Virus record (IMG/VR): IMGVR_UViG_3300025410_000009 | Source: a virus | Lineage: Duplodnaviria > Caudoviricetes | DNA: 64,000 nucleotides | Strand: one strand, 5' to 3' | Shown: positions 8,171-17,603 of the stretch, in pieces | Position numbering within the stretch: position 1 is the stretch's first letter | Layout of the letters: each line of letters opens with the position of its first letter | Made by a program: the position numbers and the translations under genes | The notes under the pieces: generated by a model | What the model saw: only the letters and a program-made list of their open reading frames with translations | Database searches by the model: none | Told to the model about the DNA's origin: nothing

Positions 8171-9268
8171 TTATTTTAGCCCTGCCAAACGCTTCAAATC
8201 AATAACATTTGCATTATTGGCTTGTGTAGTTAATTTAGCAGTCTTATCTCCTGTGACTTCAACATGCGATTCGCTAAGAATAGCCTTTTCAGACTTCTTA
8301 ACAACCGAATTGTTCAAGACAGCTGGAAGATACTTTTCATATGCACTCTGCAATTTAGCAGTTTGCACATTTTCTAGAAGCTCTGTCATAACAGTAGCTT
8401 TTTCACGATTTAAGGGTTTCAACAGGTCAGTCATGATGTCACGACGTTGTGCTGATTCCTTGATGATACGGATTTCACGTTCTTTGCTTTCAACTAGTTT
8501 TTCTGTTGATTCAACAGACTCTTTGATGGCAGCAATAGTACGTTGTTGTTCTTCGATAGTTTTGTGCAACTGACGAATTTCTTTGTTCTCATTTAAGTGA
8601 GTCAAACTAAATTCGCTAGCAAAAGCTTCGAATAAACGACGTCCAAACATGTTCTCACGAGCACTTTGGATATCTTCTTTCAATTGCGATAGTTCTGACT
8701 TTAGATTTTTAGTAACTGTCTCTTGAACAAGTGCCGAACTGCGAGCAATAAATCGGCTCTTCAATTCTTCTAATTTGTGTTTAGCAGTAGCAACTAAGCG
8801 AACTTTTGTTTCTACCACTTGACGCTTGTCATGAGCAAACTCTTGGATTTCTTCAGCGAGTGCACCAACTACGAATTTTTCTAAACGTTCAAAATTTTCT
8901 TTCTGAACTTTACGATCTGTACGTAGCTCTTGAATTTCTTCAGCTAATTTCTTAACTAGGAATTCATTGAAGCGATTTGCGCTTTCCATCATGTGACCTT
9001 TAAACTTCACACGATCTTCCACCATAGCTTGTTTCTCACTGGCGAATTCTTGAATTTCGGCAGTAAGACCTTCGGTTACCATCTTGTCTAAAGCTTCTAC
9101 CATTACTTTTTTGTCATGTTCATAACGACTAGCCATCTCCTCGCGCAATTCTGCACGAATGGTTTCACGGGCTTCGGAAAGTTTGCTTTCCCAAGCTTCG
9201 TTGATTGCACCACGAGTTTCCTCGTTGATAATGCCGCTGTCCAATAACGGTTTGATAACGTCAAACAT
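8171..9268 (-). CDS. gp22: Prohead core scaffolding protein
   Basis: 365-aa coiled coil between protease and MCP; GRRLFEAFASEF motif. Confidence 0.85.
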   Translation of the reverse strand: MFDVIKPLLDSGIINEETRGAINEAWESKLSEARETIRAELREEMASRYEHDKKVMVEALDKMVTEGLTAEIQEFASEKQAMVEDRVKFKGHMMESANRFNEFLVKKLAEEIQELRTDRKVQKENFERLEKFVVGALAEEIQEFAHDKRQVVETKVRLVATAKHKLEELKSRFIARSSALVQETVTKNLKSELSQLKEDIQSARENMFGRRLFEAFASEFSLTHLNENKEIRQLHKTIEEQQRTIAAIKESVESTEKLVESKEREIRIIKESAQRRDIMTDLLKPLNREKATVMTELLENVQTAKLQSAYEKYLPAVLNNSVVKKSEKAILSESHVEVTGDKTAKLTTQANNANVIDLKRLAGLK

Positions 9269-9280
9269 TTGCGGTTCTCC

Positions 9281-9916
9281 TTATATTTTCAAGTCTCTAA
9301 TCAAGCGAGTTACCTGCTCTCTTAGATACTTTTGTACTTTTTGATTGTCTTTGGCTTCACCAGCCATTTCTAGAACCCTATGTCCTCCCCGCATATTCAT
9401 CAAGCCTTCATAGATGGCAGTTGGATATGCATGGGGTGCACTAGGCTGTGCTACAATATCTACAGTGACGATTTCAAAGTCACTAACATGTCCGTTAGAC
9501 TCGTTAACGTTACCGCTACCGCGACTAGACACGCCCAATTTAACACCACTTTCCAACATAGTTTTAACTAAGTGGCCCATTGGTGTTGGTAGAATCTTTA
9601 GTTTACCGTGTCCGGCAGGGCCGTCCATCCACATTTGTTCAATCATGTGACTCACACGGTCTAAATTAATTTTCAAATCATCGGGGTGGTCAACTTCGCC
9701 TAGGACTGAGTAGCCACCTTTAACTTGTTCATTAATAGATTTAACAGCTTGTTCAATTTCGTTCACAGGGTAAACACGCTGGTTAGCGTTCTTTACCCCG
9801 CCTTCGATGAATACACCCTTCATGTAAAGATCTTTGCTCTTGCCGTCTTTGGAATCCTCGGAGAGGATTTCCATGCGAGCATGATCAAATGTTAGGTGTT
9901 CTTTTAAGTAAGCCAT
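9281..9916 (-). CDS. gp21: Prohead core protease
   Basis: KNANQRVYP, LGEVDHP, LDRVSH, KLGVSSRGSG, DIVAQPSAP motifs. Confidence 0.95.
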   Translation of the reverse strand: MAYLKEHLTFDHARMEILSEDSKDGKSKDLYMKGVFIEGGVKNANQRVYPVNEIEQAVKSINEQVKGGYSVLGEVDHPDDLKINLDRVSHMIEQMWMDGPAGHGKLKILPTPMGHLVKTMLESGVKLGVSSRGSGNVNESNGHVSDFEIVTVDIVAQPSAPHAYPTAIYEGLMNMRGGHRVLEMAGEAKDNQKVQKYLREQVTRLIRDLKI

Positions 9917-9928
9917 TTTTAGTTAATA

Positions 9929-10840
9929 TTAACGAATTTTTCCGCCGATTTCGCTCTTGGTGTTTACAGGAACTTTACCACTGGTAGTTTGTCCTTCAGC
10001 ACCACGTGCTTTTTCATAGCTGGTAGATTTGTTTGTGTAACCTTTAGTTTTAGCGCCAGGAACGTTTTGGAAGTTGTTAGCACCTTTCAATTCGCCACGG
10101 CCTTTGGTGTATTGGTTGTTGGGTGTTGGAACTGGTTTGCCATCAGCAGACTGTTCTGTGCCACCGTGAACGATGTTGGCTGCAGAGCCGCCCATGTCGT
10201 TCTTTTTAGCTACAATGCTTTGTTTGTTAACTACAGGAGCATCGCCGCCTTTGCCAACTGTTTTGCCTTCGCCAGCAGCTGGTTCTTGTTTGTAAACTTG
10301 GCCGTGATCTTCAACATATTCACGAACCATGCTTTCTTCAGTGTGCTCTTCGCCGCCGAATTCCATTTCGCCTTCGTCGCCCATTTCTTCGCCGCCGAAT
10401 TCTTCTTCGCCGTGTTCATGACCGCCCATTAGTTTTTCAAATTCAGCTTTAAGATCGTCAAGAGCCAATTCGATGTCTTGAATTTTGCTTTCAACGCCTT
10501 CTTCGCCTGGTTCCATGCCCATACCGTCAACGTCGTCAAAAGAGTCATCAGATGGTAGTTCGTTGCCGTCTACATCGCTGTGCTCTTCTTCGCCGCCCAT
10601 GGGACTCATGTCCATTTCGCCGTCTTCTTCGGCTTCGTGCATGCCGGACTCGTCGGATTCGACTTCGTGCATTAGGCTTGTAACTTCGTTACCGCCCATG
10701 TCTTCTTCAAAATCTTCTTCGTCAATGAGTGATTCATAGATATCGCGGCTTTTCTCGATCACCAATTGGTGAAACAATTCGCGAGCTTTATCTTCATTCT
10801 CATTGATAATAAATTCAATCAGCTGTTCGTACTTGTTCAT
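9929..10840 (-). CDS. Acidic prohead core-type protein
   Basis: 303 aa with a very Glu/Asp-rich centre; position upstream of gp21 matches T4 core genes 67/68; late promoter and SD. Confidence 0.6.
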   Translation of the reverse strand: MNKYEQLIEFIINENEDKARELFHQLVIEKSRDIYESLIDEEDFEEDMGGNEVTSLMHEVESDESGMHEAEEDGEMDMSPMGGEEEHSDVDGNELPSDDSFDDVDGMGMEPGEEGVESKIQDIELALDDLKAEFEKLMGGHEHGEEEFGGEEMGDEGEMEFGGEEHTEESMVREYVEDHGQVYKQEPAAGEGKTVGKGGDAPVVNKQSIVAKKNDMGGSAANIVHGGTEQSADGKPVPTPNNQYTKGRGELKGANNFQNVPGAKTKGYTNKSTSYEKARGAEGQTTSGKVPVNTKSEIGGKIR

Positions 10841-10871
10841 AAGAACTCCTTTTTTAGTATAGCTTGTAACT

Positions 10872-10877
10872 TATTTA
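10872..10877 (-). promoter_or_regulatory. Late promoter core TAAATA (head operon)
   Basis: GTAAATAAG upstream of the AAGGAG SD of the 10840 gene. Confidence 0.6.
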
Positions 10878-10930
10878 CAATATATGCAAATATTTCTAGT
10901 TATATAGGTGTTTTTGAGGGGGATTTTAGA

Positions 10931-11155
10931 TTATACGCCGGACGCTTCAGGTTCAGCGGTGTTGTATTGTTTAGAAACTGAGTCTAGTTTCTTTTCGTGC
11001 TCAAACTTACGCACATCGTTCATGATCCGTAAACGATTAAGCTGCTCAAGACTCAGACGTGATTTGCGGAGGTCAGACAGCTTTAAAGGAGTATGGTCTT
11101 CCTTTTCGGTGTAGTACCCTTCGGGTGCAGAATCAAACATTTCAGCAATTAACAT
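10931..11155 (-). CDS. Small hypothetical head-module protein
   Basis: 74 aa; TAAATA (11162-11167) ends 6 nt before the ATG; N-terminal LIAE resembles a gp21 (I/L)xE cleavage site. Confidence 0.7.
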   Translation of the reverse strand: MLIAEMFDSAPEGYYTEKEDHTPLKLSDLRKSRLSLEQLNRLRIMNDVRKFEHEKKLDSVSKQYNTAEPEASGV

Positions 11156-11180
11156 ATACGTTATTTAACCCAAATGTAAA

Positions 11181-12902
11181 TTATGCTGGGTTCGGTACCG
11201 GATTGGCGCCTACACCACCACCGCCGGGAACACCACCTGCGCCAACTCCCACGGGGCCGCCTGAGCTACCAGGAGCTGCTTCACTGCCATCGCCAAGGTC
11301 AGGTGGTGTGGCTGCAGCCAAGTCAGTGTCCAAGCCGCCAGGAGTAATGCCCACGCTGCGTAGACCCAGGGGATCGGCTGCAGCATTTTCCTTGTCGCCT
11401 TTTTCTTCTAGCCACATGGTTTCGTTTTCGCTCATCTCTTGTTCGTTCAAGCCCAAGTAGCGTTGCATCAAGAAACGTTTACTGAAATATGGGAAACCTT
11501 CTAGCTGTGTAAATGTACCAATTCTAGCACCGTCAACTTCGGCCTGGCGATATTGTGCAAAGTTTTGCGGTTCATTGAACACCAAGTCAAACAGTTGGCC
11601 ATCGATATTGATACCGCGCCAGCGCATGAACATCTTGAACTCTTGGTCCAGTTTGTCAATGATCATCTTTTGCAAACGCTTGCAGTACTGGTTAAAACGC
11701 CATTCTTGGATCAAGGCAGTGCCTACACGCCCGTCAGTCACAGCCTGTGTGCCATCTTCCATGCCAGTGGGCAGGTAACTACTGGGGATACGTAGACCAC
11801 GGAACAACTTGTTGGTAAAGAATTTCAAGTCAGTGATCTCGCCCAAGTTGCTGCCGCCGGGCAGCACTTCAACCTTGCTGCCACGACCTTCAGCAGTTTG
11901 CGGGAAGAAAAAGTCTTCGTTTGTGCTCAAGGGATTATAGGTAGCGTCCATCATGTTGGCACCACCACCTGACTGTGTGGGTATTCTGCGCTGTGCAATT
12001 TCGTTTTTGACACGGTCCACAAAGGCCATGGCCATGTGACTTGGCATGCTACCAACGTCAATATAGAATGCTCTACGTTCAGGTGCACGCTGTACACGAT
12101 AGATAATGATGGCATCTTCCAGCAGTTCTTTTTGTTTGAACACCTTGAAAATGTTCTCTAACACGCTGCTGCCAAACGGATAAAACACGTCTAGGCCTTC
12201 GGTCAAGCTGCAATGCACAATGTGCTCAGCATTGATCACGCTTTCGTTTGTGGCATGTGTAAATCTGCTGCCGCCGCTGTAGGGGCTTCTTGGCTGCACA
12301 TAGCTGCCTTGTGGGCCACCCACTTGGGGACTGTTGGTGTAAGTGTCTGTGGTGCTGACTGCTGTGGCAGTTAGATTTTGAAAATTAGGTTGCAGGTCCT
12401 TGATCACATACTGCTCGGGCTTTTTGCCTTCGGCTTCATTGACAATGACCTTGACTATTTTGCTGGATTCAGTCCAGTACAGTTTGAATGTTTCAGGGTC
12501 GCGAATAAAAACTTGATCGCCATATTTGATGGTATTACGCACAATTTTAAACATGCGTTTGTTAAAGTCGTTCAAGTTGACCCACTGTAACAGTTGTTCT
12601 TTGATGATTTTAACTTCGTTGTCAGTGGGCTTTTCTTTAAAGTGCAAGTCCAAAGGCATTTGTGTTTCCAACTTGGGCTGTGTGCAGAACTCGGCCAAAA
12701 TATCCAGCGCAGCATTAACTTCACTGTCTTGATCCATTTGCTCGTACTGATTGTAGCGCTCTAAACGATTGGGGTGACCCACGTAGATATCCGGCAATTG
12801 GCTTTGATAATTGCGATAAGACATGCTGCCCTCGCCACCACTGCCAACAGGGCTCATGGATCCAGACGTATTTGCAGCTCTAAAGTATTTTTTCCACGAC
12901 AT
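11181..12902 (-). CDS. gp20: Portal vertex protein
   Basis: EDAIIIYRVQRAPERRAFYIDVG, EDFFFPQTAEGRGSKVEVLPGG, LFRGLRIPSS motifs; late promoter core at 12925-12930. Confidence 0.96.
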   Translation of the reverse strand: MSWKKYFRAANTSGSMSPVGSGGEGSMSYRNYQSQLPDIYVGHPNRLERYNQYEQMDQDSEVNAALDILAEFCTQPKLETQMPLDLHFKEKPTDNEVKIIKEQLLQWVNLNDFNKRMFKIVRNTIKYGDQVFIRDPETFKLYWTESSKIVKVIVNEAEGKKPEQYVIKDLQPNFQNLTATAVSTTDTYTNSPQVGGPQGSYVQPRSPYSGGSRFTHATNESVINAEHIVHCSLTEGLDVFYPFGSSVLENIFKVFKQKELLEDAIIIYRVQRAPERRAFYIDVGSMPSHMAMAFVDRVKNEIAQRRIPTQSGGGANMMDATYNPLSTNEDFFFPQTAEGRGSKVEVLPGGSNLGEITDLKFFTNKLFRGLRIPSSYLPTGMEDGTQAVTDGRVGTALIQEWRFNQYCKRLQKMIIDKLDQEFKMFMRWRGINIDGQLFDLVFNEPQNFAQYRQAEVDGARIGTFTQLEGFPYFSKRFLMQRYLGLNEQEMSENETMWLEEKGDKENAAADPLGLRSVGITPGGLDTDLAAATPPDLGDGSEAAPGSSGGPVGVGAGGVPGGGGVGANPVPNPA

Positions 12903-12935
12903 ATATGGTGTTCTCAGTTAGTAGTATTTAACCAA

Positions 12936-15900
12936 TTAATAGGAGTTATCAAGTAATCTTTGCTGTAAATCGCGGGTAGAAGATTGCATATCCACTTGAT
13001 CTCCAGCTTTGCTGACCAGCTGTCTTAGCAAATCCAGCTGTTGCTTCATTAAATCATTTAATTCTGCACCGGCAGCAGCAGATTTTACGTTGCGATCGCT
13101 GCCAGGTGCAACTATGCTTTGATTTGAGTCAGTGTCTCGGTTGTCTTTTGAACCACCAAATAATCCACCAGTTTTTATTTTAAAGTTATTATCAGACTGT
13201 ATTGAAGAAATAAGACCGTTGATGTCGGGTGTGTTAAGGCCTGGTTGACCGGTATTGTTAATACCATATGGCATTAAATCTTTAAAACTATCTTCTATAG
13301 TGGCACCAATACTCTTACTGGTATCATCTTTTTTATCGTTGGCTCCAACAAAATTATCAAGCATGCCACTGCCCAACACACCGCCAACTATGGTACCGAC
13401 TCCAGGCAATATCATTGACCCAAGTGCTGCGCCAATGGCTGCATTACCCATTGTATCAAGCACGCTGGGTCGTTCTTTGTTTTTGTCGGCTGCTTGGTTA
13501 GCTGTCATTTGATCAACTATTTTTTGATTTTGATCAAATAATCCACTAGTACCCAGCATCTTGCCAAGATCCAATTTGGAGGTGCCGAATCCCATATCTT
13601 TAAAAGCACGCCCTAGATCGTTATTGGATTTTACGAGTTCGCTAGTGGAGCTTTCCCATACGCCCATGTCCGGGCCGTTATCTTTAGTATCCTGTGTTAA
13701 CCCGCCCAGCAAGCCGCCAAGCGCAGTACCAATGCCAGGAAGTATCGCAGTACCAATTGCAGCGCCCATTGCAGCACCGCCCCAATTGGTTGATTTAGAG
13801 TCGTTGGATTGACCCATGCTGTTGCGAGTAAAATCGCCCATGTCCAATTTAACTGGAATAGTCTTGCCGTCAGGTAAAGGCACTATGGCTTCAGTACCGT
13901 GCAACAATTGCTGATAACCCGAGGTGGGACCAGTACTGACACCGCCCATGGCATAGCCTTCTTCTTTTTTCCCAGATGTCCAGTTACTGAATTTGTCAAC
14001 ACCTTTACCAATGGCGCCGCCAATTGCGTCACCCACTGCGCCAGCGGTTAATCCACCGAGTATTGTACCTGCTATACCACCAAGTTCGGTGCCAATTACA
14101 GTCCCAACACCGGGAGCAATAGCTGTACCAATTGCGCCACCAATTACTTCACCAAAACCTAAACCCACTGCACTACCAGCAATATCACCAGTGATACCAC
14201 CAGCGGTTGATCCAAATTCTTCTTCTTTACCTTTTTTCTTGGTACCTAACCCCATATCGTTGAGCATGTCCTGCACTGCGCCCAGCATCTCTTTAGATAC
14301 TTCGGCAAATTTTGCAATAGCCGGCGTTAATTCTTTTTCTAATGCCAGTTTTAAATCTTGTGCTGCCTGCTCAGCTGATAGTACACCATCGGTTAATTTA
14401 TCGTTAGTTTCTTTTTGTTTTTTTGCAGCTTCCTGTGCACTCTTTACTGACTCTTCAGTGACTTTATCAGTATTGTCAACTACTCCGCTAATTCCTCGAT
14501 TTAGATCTTCTAATCCACCGGCACCGGCCATGCCTGCAATACCTATGTCATTGAGATTCCCAAAGTTTGCACGCATCTTGTCATTGGTTTTACCCTGCAG
14601 ACGTTGTGCTTCGTCAACTGAGAATTGCCCGCTTTTTGCTAAATCCACCATGCCGTCGATTTGTTCAGACATACCCGGCAATTGTTGCATTAAAATATTG
14701 GCATTTTTATCAACCACATTACCCATGGTTAGTTTTTCCATGAACGCTTTTTTACTAGTTTCGTCCATGGTGTTCATGCTCTGTATTATTTTATTCATTA
14801 CACCGGGCTGTTTCTTTTCCAATTCCTGCAATTTGTTTCGGAACGCCACCTGTGTTGCAGCCTTGCGGTTTTCTTCCATTTTACGTTTTGCATCTTCGCC
14901 GGTTATTGCTGCAATAGTACGTAGATTAGTGGCATATGATGCAGTTTCTTGAGCAATTTGTTTATCGCTCATGTTTTTCAACTGGTTGCCTTTACGCAAA
15001 TCTGCCATGACTTCAGCTGTTAATGCTGCTTGATCTTCAAAACTGTACCCCAGCTGTAGCATTTCTCGCTGCAATGATTTGCCGCTGGATCCTATTAATT
15101 TTGACGATTCAGCACTGACCGCACCCATCTTGCGTGAAGCCTCACCAACACCCAAACCGCTTTCTGCTAGAGTACTTGAGTTAGCCGACACCACTTTTGA
15201 GAATTGTTCGACAGTTAAACCGGCACTGTTTGCTGCTTGCCGCATACCAGTCATGCCATTGGCAAACAAGGCTCCAGACGAACTCATGCTATTGAAAGCA
15301 TTGACTGTTTTTTCTACTTCCTTGGATAAAACCTCGATGCCAAATTTGGCCAGTTTGCTTGCCCCGCCAGCAAACGATTGTAGAGCGCCACCAAATAGAT
15401 CAAGTGCAATACCTGCGTAGCCAGCTTTGCCTTTAAGGTGCGACATGGCACTGCCAACACCTTGCATGGCTCCACCAAGCATGCCAGCTGATCCGGCTGC
15501 AAGATCAACTGCACCATTCATTAGCGTGCTACTTAAATCAGTGGAGCTGGCACCCGATTGTAGGGATTTTACAAAACTACCGGTAGTGGCAGAAATCTGA
15601 CTAACAGCAGTTTTACTAAAGGTTTTAATAAACTCAGACGTAGCTTGCTGAGTTTGCACCAATCTTAAATTTGATGCTACGGTTTCTCGTTGTTTTTGTA
15701 ATGCTTCCTTGTGGCTGTCGTCGGTTGTGTTTTTAATTGCAGCATCAAGATCTTTAAGACTTTTATTAAAGTCTTTCATGGTGTCGGCAAAATTCTCGCG
15801 ACCTATAGAAGTAAAGCCCTTGATGAATTTGCCCATTACACCATCGCTAGCGGCCTGCTTGATTTTGGCGTTTAATTCGAGCGTGGATCGGTATTGTTCT

Positions 15901-16055
15901 CGTTTGGCTAGATCTTCTTTCTTTTGCTGGGCTTGTCGTGCGGCAGCCGATTGATTTTCTTTTTTATACTGTTTTAAAATTTCAGCCAGTTCAGGTTTCA
16001 ATTTAGCAAACAGCTCAATCACAGCATTGAGATCTTGGTCATTCATTTCAGCCAT
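12936..16055 (-). CDS. Tape-measure-like protein
   Basis: 1039 aa, Ala/Gly/Lys-rich and helical; three glycine-zipper segments; YAMGG...HGTEAIVPLPDG motif common near TMP C-termini. Confidence 0.75.
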   Translation of the reverse strand: MAEMNDQDLNAVIELFAKLKPELAEILKQYKKENQSAAARQAQQKKEDLAKREQYRSTLELNAKIKQAASDGVMGKFIKGFTSIGRENFADTMKDFNKSLKDLDAAIKNTTDDSHKEALQKQRETVASNLRLVQTQQATSEFIKTFSKTAVSQISATTGSFVKSLQSGASSTDLSSTLMNGAVDLAAGSAGMLGGAMQGVGSAMSHLKGKAGYAGIALDLFGGALQSFAGGASKLAKFGIEVLSKEVEKTVNAFNSMSSSGALFANGMTGMRQAANSAGLTVEQFSKVVSANSSTLAESGLGVGEASRKMGAVSAESSKLIGSSGKSLQREMLQLGYSFEDQAALTAEVMADLRKGNQLKNMSDKQIAQETASYATNLRTIAAITGEDAKRKMEENRKAATQVAFRNKLQELEKKQPGVMNKIIQSMNTMDETSKKAFMEKLTMGNVVDKNANILMQQLPGMSEQIDGMVDLAKSGQFSVDEAQRLQGKTNDKMRANFGNLNDIGIAGMAGAGGLEDLNRGISGVVDNTDKVTEESVKSAQEAAKKQKETNDKLTDGVLSAEQAAQDLKLALEKELTPAIAKFAEVSKEMLGAVQDMLNDMGLGTKKKGKEEEFGSTAGGITGDIAGSAVGLGFGEVIGGAIGTAIAPGVGTVIGTELGGIAGTILGGLTAGAVGDAIGGAIGKGVDKFSNWTSGKKEEGYAMGGVSTGPTSGYQQLLHGTEAIVPLPDGKTIPVKLDMGDFTRNSMGQSNDSKSTNWGGAAMGAAIGTAILPGIGTALGGLLGGLTQDTKDNGPDMGVWESSTSELVKSNNDLGRAFKDMGFGTSKLDLGKMLGTSGLFDQNQKIVDQMTANQAADKNKERPSVLDTMGNAAIGAALGSMILPGVGTIVGGVLGSGMLDNFVGANDKKDDTSKSIGATIEDSFKDLMPYGINNTGQPGLNTPDINGLISSIQSDNNFKIKTGGLFGGSKDNRDTDSNQSIVAPGSDRNVKSAAAGAELNDLMKQQLDLLRQLVSKAGDQVDMQSSTRDLQQRLLDNSY

Positions 16056-16064
16056 GTTTTTTTA

Positions 16065-16095
16065 CCATAAATAAGTACATATCAATTATTTATGG
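16065..16095. promoter_or_regulatory. Inverted pair of late promoters (TAAATA + at 16068-16073, - at 16087-16092)
   Basis: Perfect 10-bp inverted repeat CCATAAATAA-N11-TTATTTATGG between divergent genes. Confidence 0.7.
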
Positions 16096-16104
16096 AGATC
16101 AAAT

Positions 16105-16944
16105 ATGGCTTCAAACCCCAACAATCCCTTGGCCAAACACTTCAGACAGCCAGCAATTTACCTTAAACTGCCCAGCGGCGGCACCTATTGGCCCGACGAT
16201 GCCATAAAGTTGCCCTTGAACGGCGAAGTTGCCATCTACCCAATGACCACCAAAGATGAAATCACACTAAAGACGCCAGACGCACTCATGAACGGTGCTG
16301 GTGTAATCAGTGTGATTCAAAGCTGCTGCCCTGATATCTTAGACGCTTGGCGCATGCCCAGTATTGATGTTGATGCTGTCATAATTGCCATTAGAATTGC
16401 CAGCTTTGGGCATGAGATGCCGTTCAACGCTAGATGCCCAGCATGCGACAACTTTGATGACTATGCTATCGATTTGCGTATGGTGTTAGACAACATTAGA
16501 ATGCCCAGTTACGATGATCCAGTTGCAGTTGACTCCCTAAAGATCAAACTGTATCCACAGCCGTATTTTAGTCTAAACAAAACCAATCAAGCTCAGTTTG
16601 AAGAACAAAAGCTATTACAAGCCATTGAAAACACCAGCATGGACGAGACTGAACGCAGCGTAATGATCAATGATCAAATGGCCAAAATTGTCAACATTGG
16701 GTTGCAAACACTGGTAGACAGCACCGAATACATCGAAACCGATGATGGCACACAGGTACGAGATAAAACTTTTATAAATGAATTCTATACAAATTCAAGT
16801 ACTACTGTCACAAAAGCAGTACAAGCCAAGCTAGCTAATTTGAACACAGAGGGTGCTGTCAAACCAGTACATGTCAATTGTGCCGAGTGCAGCAAACCGT
16901 TTGATATCCAAATCACGTTTGACTACGCAGCTTTTTTCGGTTAA
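16105..16944 (+). CDS. gp26: Baseplate hub assembly protein (T4 gp26-like) / tail chaperone
   Basis: NPLAKHFRQP..YLKLPSGG, PMTTKDEITLKTPDALMNG, two CxxC pairs (CPAC, CAEC); SD GGAG. Confidence 0.8.
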   Translation: MASNPNNPLAKHFRQPAIYLKLPSGGTYWPDDAIKLPLNGEVAIYPMTTKDEITLKTPDALMNGAGVISVIQSCCPDILDAWRMPSIDVDAVIIAIRIASFGHEMPFNARCPACDNFDDYAIDLRMVLDNIRMPSYDDPVAVDSLKIKLYPQPYFSLNKTNQAQFEEQKLLQAIENTSMDETERSVMINDQMAKIVNIGLQTLVDSTEYIETDDGTQVRDKTFINEFYTNSSTTVTKAVQAKLANLNTEGAVKPVHVNCAECSKPFDIQITFDYAAFFG

Positions 16945-16949
16945 GGCTT

Positions 16950-17168
16950 TTGACTCTTGATAATGAGGGTATCGTCAAGCTAATTGAGGGATACGACAAA
17001 GAGTCAAAAGCCTTACGAGACGAAGCACTAAGACTCAGCTGGTACATGCGGGGTGGACTCACCTATGATGATGCCATGATGTTGAGTCATGGCGAACGTG
17101 AAATCATTGGCAAAATAATCAAAGACAACATCGAAGTTACCAAGAAAACTGGTGTTCCTTTCTTCTAA
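16950..17168 (+). CDS. Short gp51-like ORF, probably the -1 frameshift extension of the upstream gene
   Basis: Only a TTG start with no SD; its frame is open from 16923 across the slippery T TTT TTC (16932-16938). Confidence 0.7.
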   Translation: MTLDNEGIVKLIEGYDKESKALRDEALRLSWYMRGGLTYDDAMMLSHGEREIIGKIIKDNIEVTKKTGVPFF

Positions 17169-17197
17169 GTCGTTATTGTCCTTTATAGTTCACCATC

Positions 17198-17600
17198 ATA
17201 TTAAGACTTGCAAGCAAGTCTGTTGTTTCGCTAGCGCTCACAACATTTTTTTAATATCTATTGACTTCAGTATCATCCAGATTAATTGGTCATAATTCAC
17301 CGTAAGCACGGTGAATTGATCTGGCATCATCCGAGTAGCACAGTCATCTATTCTAATGAGATTGCCTTGCGGCGCGGAGGCGGTTGACCGGTACCCCCTA
17401 CTCAAGCTTCACAAATCAACGGAACCCTAGTGATCCGGAATAGACCCAAATCCTATGAGCTGAGGTTGTATCTTTTTCACAGCGCCTCAATCATTTATTA
17501 CCTTAAGTTAGTAATTGTCTTTGGCATCCAAGATCCAGACCGGGTATTTCACCGTTCTTCAATGGAGCATGACCTAGCCATGCACAGCGCCTATGATGTA
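17198..17600 (-). ncRNA. Candidate large structured ncRNA downstream of the GIY-YIG gene
   Basis: About 430 nt without a credible gene. Stems include AATTCACCGT/ACGGTGAATT (10 bp), CCAGAT/ATCTGG, GAGTAG/CTACTC, GCC-GCAA-GGC, CGG-TCAA-CCG, TGAGG/CCTCA, ATTAC/GTAAT, GCATG/CATGC, GACTTG/CAAGTC. Confidence 0.6.
17221..17252 (+). terminator. Probable intrinsic terminator of the gp26 operon
   Basis: TGTTGT...ACAACA hairpin followed by T7. Confidence 0.65.
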
Positions 17601-17603
17601 AAT

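Noticed and set aside
13993-14952. 319-aa + strand ORF and similar long antisense ORFs (e.g. 59982-60380, 57949-58446, 49049-49609)
   Set aside because: These are shadows of real genes on the opposite strand, with no motifs or translation signals.
17170-17603. CRISPR or other tandem guide array; also the 67-aa ORF at 17430-17633
   Set aside because: Only isolated short repeats with no constant period; the small ORF lacks an SD and overlaps the nuclease antisense.
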